A stretch of DNA of 64,000 nt from the human T2T-CHM13v2.0 reference genome, Homo sapiens (GCF_009914755.1 NC_060941.1), one strand, 5' to 3'. Counted from the first letter of the stretch, positions 13,201-36,904 are shown. Numbers and translations are program-made. The notes: generated by a model not told the origin, from the sequence alone.

Positions 13201-16200
13201 TGCCAGTTCTGCTTGGTTAGGGGCTAGCTCCAGCCTCTGGGGTGCCTGGGAGAACATCCCTCCCTTTCTTTCCCCCTCCACCATTCCCTCCCCTCCTAGG
13301 CCATGCTCTTCAGGGCTTGCAGGCAACTTCTTCTACTGCCTTAGATGAGGGAGTGAGGAGGGAGGACCCCAAGCCTTGTGCCCATGGTGCCATCTGCAGC
13401 AAGTGCCTTGGCCCCGTGACATTCATGCCTCCAGCATTCAGCTGCCCCAGCTCCCAGCTCCAATTACCCGCTGGCTGCTGGGGGAGGGTGGGGAGAATGT
13501 GCCGTGCCCAGCTTGGGGGTGCTCCTGCTTCTGCTTTCTTGGCTACTTGGATCTCCTGCCTCCATTCCTGAGGGGAATTGGGCAGGGGGGGCGTGAAGTT
13601 CTGTGGGCTGATAAGGAGGGGCTGAGTTCTCCAGCATGGGTGTGGGCATGACCACCCACCAGTGGTCATGGGGGATGGATGTGACCTGGGAGGAGACCTC
13701 CAGACCTGGGCACCCACCTTGATGCCTGGCTGGAGCTGGCCCGGGCAGGAGGAGGGAGAGGAGAGCAGCAGGTGGGTGAGGCTATGGGGGAGCCGAGTGG
13801 GAAGCAGTCTTTGATGTTAATACTGGGCATCTGGCCCAAGTCAAGGCTGCTGTTTATGTCTTTCTGTCTCTGACCTGCAGGGGGGGTTTCCTGTTATATT
13901 CTTTTGGGGCGGGGTGGGGAGGATCCTTTGTTTAAGTAACCAATCTCCCCCTTATGAGGATCCCCACCCCATCTCCCATTCTCTAGCCTCTAAGGTCCCA
14001 CAGTGGCTAGGTGATGAGTCACTGCCCCCCAGCTCCAGAACCTGTCTCCTGGGGGCCCAGTGAGAGCTCACCAAGGGGTGCCGCCTCCCCTCCTCCCGTC
14101 TCCCCCATGCCTGCCAGGCTGGGGCCCTGAGTCTGTGTGTACTCCTCTGCCACATCACACCTGCCAAATAGTACCTTCCTTCCCGCCTTCACTCCTCCTC
14201 TCCTTCCTGGCACTAGGATAACAGAGAGTTGGGTGGGGCAGCCCTGCTCAATCCATACCTGAGAATAGAACAGGGGGTATGGGAAAGGACAGGGAGTCCC
14301 GGTCCTAGAGAGGCCTCTGCCCCTCAGCATGGGGGCACATGTCGCTGCTGCAGCACTGCCACCACCACAGACTCCCAGGGGCCCTTGGTGTGGGTGGCTG
14401 CCTGTGGTGCCCGTGTTGGCATGGGGGGCAGTGCTGCCCATAGACGCCTGTGCCCATGCATGCCCATTTATGTGTCTGGGCCACGGCGGCCGCCCCGGCC
14501 CCTCAGCATCGCCCTTCCTGGCTCCCATGGTGGGAGGCTGGGTGATCAGGAGTGGGTGGTGGGGGAGGGATCTCCCCCCACCCTAGCAGCAGGCAGAGGG
14601 GAAGGGGAGAGGGAGGTGTGAACCTACCCACAGAACTATTAATAGCCCACATGCCAGGCCACCAAGAACCAGCTGTCACCGTGGAAACCATTCCTACGCC
14701 CCCCTCCCCCCAGCCTGCATGGGGTGGGACTTAGACAGGGTACGAAGCCCCCCACCCATCTTTCTTTGTTACCTTTCTCTCTTTGTCTCCCCTCCTTCAT
14801 GTGTCTCTCCTCCCTTTATCTGTCCTCCTTTCTACCTCACCCCTTCTCCCCATCCCCCATCTCTGGCTCCCCTTTCTTCCTCTCCCTCTACTGCCTTGTC
14901 ACCCCTAGCTCTACCCCAGCCCTGTCCCATTTCTTTGTTCTTCCCCCTCCTCCCTTCTTCCCTCTTTCCCCCACCAGCCTTTTTACCCCTCCTCCCATCT
15001 TTCCACCCTTTTCTCAGCCGCCCCGCATGTACGTGTCCCTGTGGCTGGCAAGGAGGGCTGGGCTTTCTTCAGAGCACTAAGGACAAAGTTCAGGGGCCCC
15101 AGAAAGGTGGGGCCAAAGCCCAGAGCAGATACGCAGGAGGGTTAATGCGGGTAGTATTGGGGGTTAGATCCTGGGGACAGAAACTCCCCTCTGGCAGCCC
15201 CAGGAGTCCTTTGGGGGTGTCCTCAGATATACAGGACTGCAGAGTGGGACGGCTCGGCAGTGGGAACCTGGCGGGGCGCCCGTGGATGCCGCATTGGCCC
15301 CGTGTCCCTGTCCCCCCATGGCAGAAGTACTTAAGCTTAATGAAATGCTTCCCCCTCCACGGGCACTTTGCCTACACTGCCTCCCAGCAGCTCTTATCTC
15401 ACAAGGAGGGAGTGGGTGGCCAGGCCAGCCGACAGGTGGGTCTTGCTGTCCTGCTGTCCAGCCTGGGCACAGAACCCCATAGCTCCGCCCCCTCGGCCTC
15501 CTTGGGGCAGGGCCTCCCTCGCCTCTGCAGAGGAGGTACCAGGAAGGAGTTTGGGGAGTTAAGCTGGACTCTGGAGGAGGGGTGAGAGGCTGCCCTTCAG
15601 GGTGGGTACCCCTGCCCCATGCCCCTTACCCGCTGACCTTTTTCTGTCCGTGGCTAACACAGGCTCATGTGGTATGTGTCTCCCCACATGCTGGGCCCTC
15701 TGCCTCGCCTCTGTATCACCCCAAAGGCCCAAGTGTGTCCCTGGAGAGATGCCAAGGAGTCCCCAGGGGTTCCAGCCTCTTTCTGGGTACCCAGTGAGGG
15801 TGCCCTAGGCAGCAAGGGCAGCACCTTGCTCCTCTGCCCACTACCAGGGGCTGACTGTAGCTGGGCTGCACTGCCCAGCACCAGGGCACCATTCAGTTCA
15901 AAAGAGGGGTGGGGCAGAGAGCGAGTCTGCCCCTCCCCCCAGTGGGCACGTGCAGGCCCTTGGCAGTACCCAGACACATTTGGAGTTAAGGCTGGGCAGG
16001 AGAGAGGGATGGGGAAATAAACATGGTGGCTTAGGTTGGCACTGCTCCAGGTCTGCAATGTAGCAACTGGTAAGTGGCAGGGGCCTGGGGGAGGGGACCC
16101 TCAGGAGCCCTGGCCTGGGGCAGGAGCTGCCCATGCCATGTGGCTGCCACTGGTGTTCCCCGCCTGGCCCGGCCCACAGCAGCCAGTGCTCATTCCTGCA

Positions 16201-18076
16201 CACACTGGTCCTCCTCGGCTGCCCCCAGGACCTGCTCCCCGGGGCTGCCCCTCTCTCAGCATGCCCACTCCTGTGCTTGCCTCCTCCCCTCCCTGGGGGC
16301 GCTTGGGCCTCCGGCTGGCGAGTGGATTTTTCCAGCTTCTGTAAACAAGTGGTGGCAGTGTGCCAGGCGGGCAGGAGACAGGCGGGGGCAGCACCACAGC
16401 CAGGGTGTGCCAAGCACCGAGGCACAGCCTGGGGGGCAGACGGAGACACCCAGACCCGGAGAGAGAGACATTCAGACACAGACAGACAGACAGACATGCA
16501 GGCAGCCTCGCTGGACGTGGAGTCAGAAGATCGTCCTCTATTGTCCAGCCCAACCCCCGTAGCGGCCCTCGCCCCCTGCCCCTCACTGTCTGGCTGAGAG
16601 CATTAGGCCCCAGTGCCCAGCCCCTGGGCTTCCCCACCCACTCCTTCTCCTCCCCAACCTCCACCCCTTAGGGCTGGCTACGCCATTATAAATTTATAAC
16701 AGGAATTTCTCCACAAGCCAAGAAAAACTTGACCTACTTTCTTGATGGCTCCCTGGGCTAAGGCTCCCTGCTCATGCCCCCCCACCCCAGTCTCCTGTCC
16801 AGCCCCCAGTGCCCAGTCCTGGTCTGGGGTGGGTATCAGAGGTAGAACGGGCCACTTTTCTGTGCAATGCCCATGCTCTCCACACTACCAGCTTGCCTGG
16901 GTGCAGAGGCCCCGTTCTGCTGCTGGCCCTGCCCAATCCCCTGACTTATCTCCCTCTCTCTTCCCACCCTGGCTGCTTATCAGCTCCTGGGGGTGGGGCC
17001 AGGGGGCCTAGGGGTGAGGTCTCCTATGCAGCAGCCACGTGACAGAGGTTGAGGTCGTATGTTGGGGAGCTGTACCCTTTGTCCCCCTCCTACCCGCCAC
17101 ACCTGCCTGTGTGCACACAGACAGTAAGCCACAGGTCTGCAGCCCAGGGTCAGAGGTGCAATGCCGTAGGAATGGTGGGCCCGGCTTGGCACTGCCCTGG
17201 ACTCCAGGTAGCAGAACAAGGCTAGCATTAGGGCCAGGCTGTGAGGCTTATCCCACAGCCACCTGCTTACTAGTTGTGTGAACTTGAGTGAATGACCAAG
17301 CTTTCTGAGACTCAGTTTCCTCATCTGTGAAGTTCTCGTGCCCTCTTTGGAGGGTACAGATTCTCTCTCCAGTTAATATGTGTTAGTTTCCTTTCCTTTC
17401 CCCCTTGCCATCCTGGTCGATAGCAGCTCAGCTAAACCAACTGAGAAGTCTGGTCCTCTGCCTGGGAAGTGGGATTCGAGACCTTGCGTGGGAAGCTCTG
17501 GAGTCCCTGAGGGGCCAGAGTTGGGGATCATAACTTGGCTGGCAGCATGGGAGGTCAGTTCCCTACAGCTTTCAACATCTCTCTCTATTAAGGCACAAAG
17601 ATGGGCATTCATGCTCACTGCGTGCCGCTCTATGTCCCATCCTTCCTTCACAGATACCCTCCCTGCCTATGCTGAAAACTGCTTGTCTCTGGTCCCCTCT
17701 TGCCCCTATAATACAGATGAGTTTCAGGAAAGCTTTTCTAGAGGGGTGGTAACAATAGCTAGTGTTTAATAGTTGCTCATTAAGGGCCAGGCATTTGTCT
17801 GAATATGAAGACTGAGACATATTACTTAGTACATGAATGATCTCATTCTCTCCCTCCATTCCTTCCCATGTCTGGGGCTTAGGAGGTGGATCTCCAATCT
17901 CGCCTGCTGTACCTGTTATCTAAGGGATCATCCTGGTCCCCTCTCTATGCCTGCCCTTCCTGCCCCCTGCTGTCTTGTTATGGGATCCCAAAGCCCCAAA
18001 TGTTGCCACCAAAGGGATCCTACCCACCTTCCTACCGTGACACCTTCTTACCCCTGCCTCTCTCTTCTCTCCACAG

Positions 18077-18373
18077 GGATCTCTGGACAGGACAAGACTC
18101 CGAAGCTACTCCCCCAGCACACAGCCCGGGACCCACAAACCCAGCTTGCCCCCAGCCCTCCCACCTGCCACTCCCTGGCCCCTCCCACCGCCCGCCCCCC
18201 TTGGGGCGCAGGGCATGGTGTGAAAGGCCAAGTGCTGAGGCGGGTATCATGGGTGCTGTGCCCTAGGGCCTGGGTGGCAGGGGGTGGGTGGCCTGTGGGT
18301 GTGCCGGGGGGGCCAGTGTGCCCACCCCAGTCTCTTGGCGTGCTGGAGGGCATCCTGGATGGAATTGAAGTGA
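18077..18373 (+). other. THRA: THRA exon 2, 5'UTR part (297 nt)
   Basis: Acceptor tctcttctctccacag|G at 18076/18077. Confidence 0.9.
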
Positions 18374-18426
18374 ATGGAACAGAAGCCAAGCAAGGTGGAG
18401 TGTGGGTCAGACCCAGAGGAGAACAG
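18374..18426 (+). CDS. THRA: THRA exon 2 coding part (MEQKPSKVECGSDPEEN)
   Basis: ATG 18374; donor CAG|GTAATG; 53 nt. Confidence 0.97.
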
Positions 18427-19573
18427 GTAATGGGTTCAGCAACTAGGTCATGCCAACTCCTAAGCAGCAGGCATGGGCACCTGGCTGAGCTCTCCTTTAG
18501 GCACCGCCTTTAAGCACCTCTGTGGGATGGACGTGAGGCCAGCAAGCCTTCTGCCTACCTTTGTCTGGCAGATGAAGTCATGTTCAGATGTGACAGGCAC
18601 TTGGATTGAGAGATGCTCATTTTGAAGCGGGGAGCGATACAGAGCAATTACAGGGAGCACATAAGGGGCTCTTCCCTAGACATTGCTGGGCAGTCTCAGA
18701 TGCCCCCAACGTCCCTTCCACCATTGCTGCCCTTACCTTGAGCATGTGGGATCCAAACAGCCTTGCCATTTTCTTCCTCTCCCTACCAGCCCATTTACTA
18801 TCTGACCACAAGTGTGTTGTCCACAAGCTGCGGTTCACGTAATACATTTCAGGGCACATGCACCAGTAACTATTGGTCATAGCCCAAGCTTATATTCGGA
18901 ATCTATTGGGAGCCCCACAAGCTCTTCCTTGTTCATGGTCAAGGGCGGGCACTGCGATGGGGCTCCTCCCAGAAAGTGCACGCCAACCATGATGGTTTTG
19001 CTTCCACGTGGGTGAGGTGTCAGCCCTGCACATACACCAAGGGATGGTTACCTGTGATCTGCATTGCCCTTGAGGAGCCCAGAGGGTCTCTGTCTTTTCT
19101 ATCAGCTCCAAGTGGCACAGAGCTTTGTCCCAGTTGGCACGGTGCCCTGGGAGCTGGGTACAGCCTGTGCCTATGGCCAGGGAGAGGGTGGGGGTGGGGG
19201 TGCTCCGGGGAGCAGTGTGGCTGACTGTTGCCTAGGAGATCAGATCCCGAGCCAGGAAGCCAGAGGCCTGGCCAGGCAAAGCCCTAAGGCCCACAACTGG
19301 GTCCCTGGAGGGTAGAGGAAGTAGATGGAACTCACAGCTGGGCAGGGCATGGGGTAGCTCCCCTCCCCCAAAGCCTCACCCCAGGAAGGACTCTGAGGAC
19401 GATCTGGCCTGTCGCTGTGTGGCTGTCACTTGCAGCCCCTGTGTCTCCCAGCTTAGGCTTCTGTGGGTCTGGAAGAGTCTGTGCCTAATGTTTGGAGAAA
19501 GGCAGGAATGCCAGTTCCCAGTCTCCTAAGACTGCAACCCCTCCCCCATCACCTTCCCCTCCCCCATGTCTAT

Positions 19574-19588
19574 GCGCCACCTTGTGGC
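19574..19588 (-). promoter_or_regulatory. Candidate CTCF site GCCACAAGGTGGCGC
   Basis: Close match to the CCASYAGRKGGCRS core. Confidence 0.5.
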
Positions 19589-20687
19589 TATCTCTAGGAC
19601 TACACTCAGAGGCTGTGAGTCTGGTGGTAACTGCTGAAGCCGCTAGCTCAACTGGGGCCTAGGTGGCCTGAGTTCCCCTGCACCCAACCCTCTGGGAGGC
19701 GTGAGGGAGACCTGACCTTTCAGCCTCATAGGAAGTAGACCGGAGTAATCCCCACGGGGCGTGGAGCATAGGGTTGTCTGTGACTGTGACCCTGGCCAAG
19801 GTCACTGTGTCAGTGTGTTGGGAGCTGCATCCGGCTCCAGGAGGAAGGGGCCTGCAACATGCCACACGCAGGGTGGGTGCGGGAGGTTATACAATCCTTG
19901 CATGCATGTAGAGGGCTTATGTAACCTGTGTGCACCGAGGTTATGCAACATGTATGTGGAGAGCCTGGCAACATATATGTGCAGTGGCTGAGGGTTGCTA
20001 ATAATACGCTGCACAGAGGGGCTCAGTCCCGGCTCTGACTCTAGCTCATGGTGTCACCAGGCACAAGCAGGGTCTCAGTTTGCTGCTCTGTTAAATGGAG
20101 GCTGTGCAGAGGGTGTAGTGTTTTCTATTGCTGTGGGTTATTTAGCATGTGTGTATGACCTGGAGCTCAAGCAACACGTGCACACTGGAGGGATGAGGGT
20201 GGTTTTATGAGGTGCCTGTGCAGAGTGTTGTGTAACACATGGGCATATCCTAGAGGTTGTATAGCACATTTAAGAATGCCCTGAAAATTTCACAGGTATG
20301 TTGGCCCTGGTGCATACTCACCATCCATGGGTTTATAGTGAAGGTTGCATGGTTATTCATCTGTGCCGGTGTTATGTTGCATATGTATGTGTGTGTTCTA
20401 AAGGCTACATAGCTTTAAGCATATCCTGAGAATTCTTCCAGCGTATTCGTCATGTACTGAAAGATGAGGATGTCCTGCAGATTATGGGTGCTTCAGGTCT
20501 TCTGGCGGGTGAATGTGTGTGTGTTGGGGCTCTAGAATATGCTTGTGCCACAGCCAAGCCCCTTATCTCTCTCCCCTGCAACTTCCAGATAACTGGACCC
20601 TTTTAAGCATTGTCAGCTGACCCTGGGGGGTGGGAGGTAGAATGAGGACACAAAATGGAAAGAATCAGGCCTTGGGGGATTGCATAA

Positions 20688-20909
<222 letters not shown>

Positions 20910-21392
20910 TAATTCATGTGTTCCCTGGGGGGAGCCTCCTAGAGGGCTTGGGATGGACTTGTCTGGGGGTGAGAAAGGTAATGTGGGATGTGCCCAGCTT
21001 TTGAGGGTGGATTAGGTCAGGACGGCCTCTTCCCTCTTCCCCTAATACCCTCATCTGAGGCCCTACCAGAATCAGGGCCTGAGCTGAAGGACTGAGGGGC
21101 TGTATTATCCCCAGTGAGCAGCTGACGTTTATTTTTCCCTCTCCACCATCCTCTGCCTTGTAGATAGATCAAGAAGAAAGCCCTGAATGGGCAGTCAGAA
21201 GAACTGAGATTCTTCATACTCTTAGGGCAGAGATGGACAGGTTCACCTCGTGTCTCTCTAGGATTCTACCAGGGAGGCTGGGCTAGGAGAGGGGTCAGAA
21301 ACAAAAAGTTGAGGGATGGGGAAAAGTGTGAGAGCCTCTCTGCTGGGACTCCAAGCCATGCCTGCCTTCCTCCATCCTTTCCTTCCTCCCAG

Positions 21393-21493
21393 GGTATATC
21401 CCTAGTTACCTGGACAAAGACGAGCAGTGTGTCGTGTGTGGGGACAAGGCAACTGGTTATCACTACCGCTGTATCACTTGTGAGGGCTGCAAG
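21393..21493 (+). CDS. THRA: THRA exon 4, first zinc finger ([34 protein letters not shown])
   Basis: cccag|GG...AAG|gtatgg; 101 nt; CEGCK P-box. Confidence 0.98.
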
Positions 21494-21581
21494 GTATGGA
21501 AGCTACCTCCTGCCCCTCCCCTGCCACCTGAGCCCCCATATTACTCCCTATGTCACCTAAAGCCCGCCTGTTAGGTCATCA

Positions 21582-27398
<5,817 letters not shown>

Positions 27399-27691
27399 GA
27401 CTTGGATTTCCAAAGCTGCTATTCCTTAAGGCCTCACATTATCCCAGGTTCAAAGCTGCCTGCTCTAGACATCATTCCTGCCTCTGCCACAAACACTACC
27501 CAGACACCCCCAACCCCTCAGCAGCCTGGGGGCTGAGGGCATATATTTCTCAGGTCCTTGAGCCTAGTAATCTTGGGCTCATGGTGTCAGGAGGATGCCA
27601 GGTCCCCTCACTGATCTTGCCTTCCTTGCTCTCCACCCCTGACCCCTAGTAAACTGCATGGTTGGTTCAGGAAGGGGAAGCCATGTCATGA

Positions 27692-27892
<201 letters not shown>

Positions 27893-28381
27893 TAGAGCCA
27901 GGTGGCCTGGGGTGGGGATGAGTTCTGGGAGGGCAGCTTCCTTCCAGGGTACCCTCAGAGCCCACAGGGCAGAGTGGCAATCCAGTCTAGGTCAGAATGT
28001 TCAGTGTCTTGGTCCTTGCTGTCCTCCTTCCTGCGCAAAAGGAAACAGGATCCCTGTGTGGGCCCCAATGCCTACCTGCCTTACAACACTCGAGGGCCTT
28101 AGAGAGGGAGTCGTTTGGTAGAAAGAGCTCCTGGGCACCCACTCTAGCACACTGTTCTTGACTCCCAGCGAAGGCACCCCACTTCTAGATGAGACAGGGC
28201 ATCTTCCATTGGCTGGGGATTGGGTGGCAGGATATTCGAGTAACCACCGTCACCATAATCCGTTAGACCAGAACATGATATTCATCTGGATCAGCCCAAA
28301 CTGTTGTTGACATGGTCCCGGGGATTAATCATGATCCGGGTTGTGCTGCCCAACTGCTAGGTGATTTGGGAAGTCATTTAG

Positions 28382-28732
<351 letters not shown>

Positions 28733-29101
28733 TAGCCAGGTGGCAGGGAGAAGAGAGTGAGCTCGGAGTCTTGCCTCCTCCAGGAAGTCTTCTTAGTGTA
28801 ATCCAACCCAAAATACATACTCTTCACACTTTTGCTGTCCAGATTTTATACACTTGTGTTTGTGTCCTTGCTGTCTGGACTGTCTACTCCATCCAACTGG
28901 GAGCTCAATGAGGACAGGGCCTTGCCTTCCTCATCGAATTTCCAGGGAGCGGGAGCGACCTTTCTTCTTTTTCCTGCCCTTAGTGACTGGGAGGAGAGGG
29001 TAAGGATACAGTTATGTCACAGTATTTTTGAGCACCTGCTGGGTGCCAGGCATTATGTTAGGCCCTGGTCAAGCTAGTTGCTAAGTAAATGATGAGTTTG
29101 G

Positions 29102-30115
<1,014 letters not shown>

Positions 30116-30593
30116 TTAAGGGCACGGGCTCTGATTCCAAGCAGATGTGTAACAGTCACGAGTCAGACTGCCCAAGTTCAAACCCTGGTCCTACCACTTG
30201 CTGGTCATATGACTTTAACCTTATTATTTAGCTGCCCCATGCCTCAGTTTCCACATCTGTGAAATGGTGATTATTATAATTATTCCTTTTAGGATTATGG
30301 TCAGGATGAAATAAGACATGTAAAACATGTAGCCTGATGCCTGATCATATATTAAGTATTCAGTCATTATAGCTGCTACTACTGTTACTACCGTTGTTAT
30401 TATTAGCTGACTTGGAGCTCTGGTTCTGGTCTATTCTCTGCTCAAGATGAAGGAAAAGCTTTGGGCCTGGGACTCAGGCACGGGCGGCCCCTCTTCCCCA
30501 AGCTGCCTTGGAGCTCCCCCTGGTGGGCAGGGAGCCTCAGTGAGAGGCTGAAAGGGGTCTGCGGCCCCAGCTGACCCCCGTCTTTCTCTCTAG

Positions 30594-31397
<804 letters not shown>

Positions 31398-31646
31398 CCA
31401 AGGTCTGGCTGCTCTAAGAAATCAGCCGGCTCCAAGTGCTCCCCTCCACAGCCCCTCATCCTTCAAGTCTATGCGGCCACCCAACTCCAGGCAGCCTGAA
31501 AGTTCTCATTTTCCAGAGCACTAGTGCTGGAGACAGGCTGCCCTACTAGCCATGTGACCTGGGGTAAGTTACCTCCATCCCCTGTGCCTCAGTGTTCCCA
31601 TCTGGAGTGGGCTGGGGATAATGATGGGTGCTAACTCACAGGCATA

Positions 31647-31969
<323 letters not shown>

Positions 31970-32056
31970 TAAATGGAATAGGGCATGCACATGGCCCAAT
32001 ACAAGGTCAGCCGTTCAGAGTCCATGGGGGCCTTGCGGGCCTCACGGCTCCCGTAG

Positions 32057-32395
<339 letters not shown>

Positions 32396-32398
32396 TGA

Positions 32399-33343
<945 letters not shown>

Positions 33344-33349
33344 AGCCTC

Positions 33350-33425
33350 AGGCGGCCAGAGGGTGTGCGGAGCTGGTGGGGAGGAGCCTGGAGAGAAGGG
33401 GCAGAGCTGGGGGCTGAGGGAGACC
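33350..33425 (+). promoter_or_regulatory. Purine/G-rich splicing enhancer for TRalpha2 splicing (SE-alpha2 region)
   Basis: G-rich tract just after the TRalpha1 stop, about 130 nt after the TRalpha2 donor; matches the described position of this element. Confidence 0.65.
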
Positions 33426-35117
33426 CCCCCACACCCCTTCTCTCCTTCCTCTCGTCCTTGGATAGATTCAGCTCCCACACACACACCCGCACTGCCCAGG
33501 TCCCTCCTCAGACCTCCAGCCCTGGGACAGGGCAAACAACTGAACTTGCTATGGAAAGGACAGTGTGGGAGGCTGGGGGAGCTGTGTCCTGCAGTTCCCA
33601 GGACCCCATCCTCTCAGAAGGTAGGGGAAGGGCGGGAGGATTGAGAAGGGACAAGCCACCTTGACCGTAGGGGAAGGAGGAATGTGGGCTGGGGGAAGAT
33701 GCCCTCAACTCACCCCCTACACACACATGAGAGAGAGCCCCCACCCAGTTCCTTGGCCTAGGTCTCCCCTCCAGGCTGAGGGCCTCTCTACTTCCCCAGA
33801 TGCCTGGGTGCAAAGAACGGCTTGGCTTGGCTCCTCCTCTGGAGGTTAAAATTTATAGTCATTCTAACTGCACTTTGGAAACCAAGCAAGGGGAGAAGAC
33901 AAATGAAGAAAAACTAGACAGAGAGAAAAATACAAAAAAGAGAGAGCGAGCGATAGAGAGAGATGATATTAAGTTATTAACTGAGGCTGACCAGAGGGGA
34001 GGACCCCCCCTTTACCACCCCATGCACTTTGCGAGCTGCCCCTTCTTCCCCCACATCAGAGAGAAATGCCCCCACACCAGAGCCCCAAGGGTAGGGCTGC
34101 CGATCAGAGCTGTGAGTTAACACAACAGGGTCCTGGCCACCCCCCTTGCCATACCCCGCCCTCTGTGCCCCTTTGGCACCCCCCAACCCTAGTATGTCCT
34201 CTGCTTTCTGCCACTCGTGCCCGCTGAGTTCCATCTACCTCTCATGCTGGATGCCAGCTGGCCCCTCACCAGCCTGCCCTGCTGCCCACACAGCTCCCCT
34301 TTAAGTGCCCAGCCCTAGGGGCCTCTCCCCATCCACCTCCTCCTTCCACACCTTGGCACCCACCCAGGAAAAAACTGTGGCTCCAACTCCTACCCTCCTT
34401 ATATCCTGCAGTATTAGCTAGAAACCGGATGCTGCTGCATTGGTTGGGTCGGGGGTAGGAGGGCTGTGCGTGAGCGTCTCCCAGAACCCTCCACCCCTTT
34501 AGCACTCTGTTTTCCCTGTTTCCCATCTGTCTTCTGGGCTCTCTCTAACCTCTGCCCTCCTCCCCAGCTCCTACTCACTGCACTAACTCTGGGCGGGCAG
34601 GTACCAGAATGGGGGTGTTTAGATAAGTGACACTTAGTTGGGGCCCCAGGGGAGGGGTGGTCGGTGCTCCTTTTTCTTTAAAGCTCTTTTGGCCAGCTGC
34701 CCCTCTGCCCCGGGACCCCTTCCCCTCTTCTTTTCTCTAATTCAGGGACTTTGGCTTGAGCCCCTCTCGCCCTCCTGGTGAGGGTGCTCTGTTGGTCTGC
34801 ACTTGGGTGAGCTGTCCTCCTCCCCCTCCCTGTGGCTGCCGCCCACTCCTCAGGGGAGAGAGGGAGAGAGGAGGTGGTCCTCCCATGGGAGCAGGAGGTG
34901 GGGTGGGACAGAGCAGACCAGAGGGTGCTGGGCTCAGGGCTGCATGTCGGCAGGGATGGATGGGTGGACACAGATGCCCCCGGAAGCCATGGGGATTGGG
35001 GCAGGGGGTGGGGGGAGGGGTGCCAGGGCTTCCTGCGCTTTGCACTATTGGGGCAAAAATGTCTTAAGCAGTGGGGAACCTGCCACCCCACCCTGACCCT
35101 CAGCCTGCCACAGCCCC

Positions 35118-35119
<2 letters not shown>

Positions 35120-35155
<36 letters not shown>
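35120..35155. repeat. (CA)n microsatellite in TRalpha1 3'UTR / TRalpha2 intron 9
   Basis: About 17-18 perfect units. Confidence 0.95.
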
Positions 35156-35158
<3 letters not shown>

Positions 35159-36490
35159 CATGCACACACGGACATGGGAAGGCAATGCTATGCTGCCCGT
35201 CAGGGCACTGTCCTTCCCCAATCGTTCAGGTGTTCCAACAGGGGTGGAGGGCCTGGAGGAGCACCCGCTGTCACCTGTGCATGTGCCTGTCCCACCCTGC
35301 TGGGGCCTCGGGCTGCCCGCGCTGTCTTTGTCTCTATCCTCTCTCTCTCTCCTGGAGTACTGAATCCTGTATTACTCCAGTCCCATGGGTAGGCCCTCTT
35401 GTACCTTCCTACCACGCCTGGGGGCCCAGTGGAATTCCTGACCTGTCTGCTGTCTTCCCCATCCCTCCATCCCCACCCCAACCCCTCCATCCCCATTCTC
35501 AGCCATGGACACGGCAGAGAAAAGGCCTTGAAGAGCCTTAGCCTCTTATAGGCACTTGGGACTCCCCCACCCTCCCCAATCATATGAGCTGTGATCCCAT
35601 CCTCCCCGGACCCCTCCCTTCCCCCTCGGTGATGTGGGGTGTATGTGTGCGTTCCTCTGCGTGAATGTGTGAGTGAGTACACATGGTAGGGGAGGAGCCA
35701 GGGCGACTCAGGAGTGCCACGCACCTGCTCTAGAGCGGCAGCTGTCCCAGTCCCTGCTGTGGAAGTGGGGGACAGGGCCCTCTCCTGGGGGCCATTGGTG
35801 CTAATGAGGGGGATGGCCTTGATGTGGGTGCTCAGCATGCCTCCCCCAGTATTGGCCCGGGGCACTAGGGCAGGCAGGGTGGAGCAGCAGGTGCAGTATC
35901 GGTGGGAGGACGGGTTGCTGGGAATAGGACGAGGGGGCCAGGCCAGGACAAGGGGTTGCCAGAGCCATGACCACTACCCCGCCCCCACCACCCGCCTCTC
36001 CATCTCAGTATTGCCCCTCCCATCACTCATAACACACATACCTCATCCAGCCTCCTCCCTGCTCAGACTTGGGGAGGGTGGGGGAGGAGCCCCTACCCCT
36101 TCTCCTGGTGGCGGGTCTGCAGGGCTGGGAGAGGGCAGGGCGTTGTGAGAGAGAGACCGTCCATAAGGAGGACAGTAACTCCTGCCCTGGGAACTCCTGG
36201 GCGGGGGGGGAGGGGGACACTGCCCAGAGGCGCTACTGAATGTATGAGAAGCTGGTGCTGGGCTGGGGGGAGGGGGGTTGTGGCCAGAAACAGGGAAGGA
36301 GGTAGGTCTCTTCCCCAGGGAGGGGTGGGACCGGCAGGGGTGACTTGAGGGGCTCCTACTCCTGCCCCACGTTGACAATCAGTATGTCTGTTATGTGCGA
36401 TTTTTCACCCCGTTGTGTTTTGGGTCAGGATTTTAAAGAAAGATATTTTTATGGTAATTGTTGCTCGTCTATTTTACTATATATTTATGT

Positions 36491-36496
36491 AATAAA
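36491..36496 (+). terminator. THRA: TRalpha1 distal poly(A) signal AATAAA
   Basis: AATAAA in an AU-rich tract, GU/U-rich sequence downstream, about 410 nt before the exon 10 acceptor. Confidence 0.75.
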
Positions 36497-36904
36497 TATA
36501 TGATGAAAATAACCCCCTTGGGCACCCCCCTTAGACTTGTGTGCTGTTTCCCTATATCCTCCCATCTGCTGGCAGAGTACCCACCCCACAAACTGACCAG
36601 ATGGAGAGGTGGCCCCCCCCAGCCTTGGCAGTATTTCCACCCCACCCCCCAAACGAGCACACACCACAGAAGCCAGCTCAGCTGTGAACTATTGGATTTG
36701 AGACAGGAACAGAACAAATCAGAGGGCCAGGGGAGGGTTGTGGGGGAGACAGAGTGGTTTAAATAGGGGAGGAGGGGAAGTTCGGTGATGGGGGAGGGAG
36801 GCAGGTATTTACAAGAAGGCTCAGGGGGCCAGAGGCTCATCTTGGAATATTTTATAACAATATAAATAAGATTCTGGTTTGCTTTTCCTTTTCGTCTCGT
36901 AAAG

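Noticed and set aside
12544-15585. Long ORFs of 227 aa and 288 aa
   Set aside because: Translations of low-complexity polypyrimidine DNA with no domain or exon structure
18371-18376. Functional link between the TCA-anticodon tRNA and UGA readthrough of the MELK uORF
   Set aside because: Coincidence; tRNAs act in trans and this copy is probably inactive
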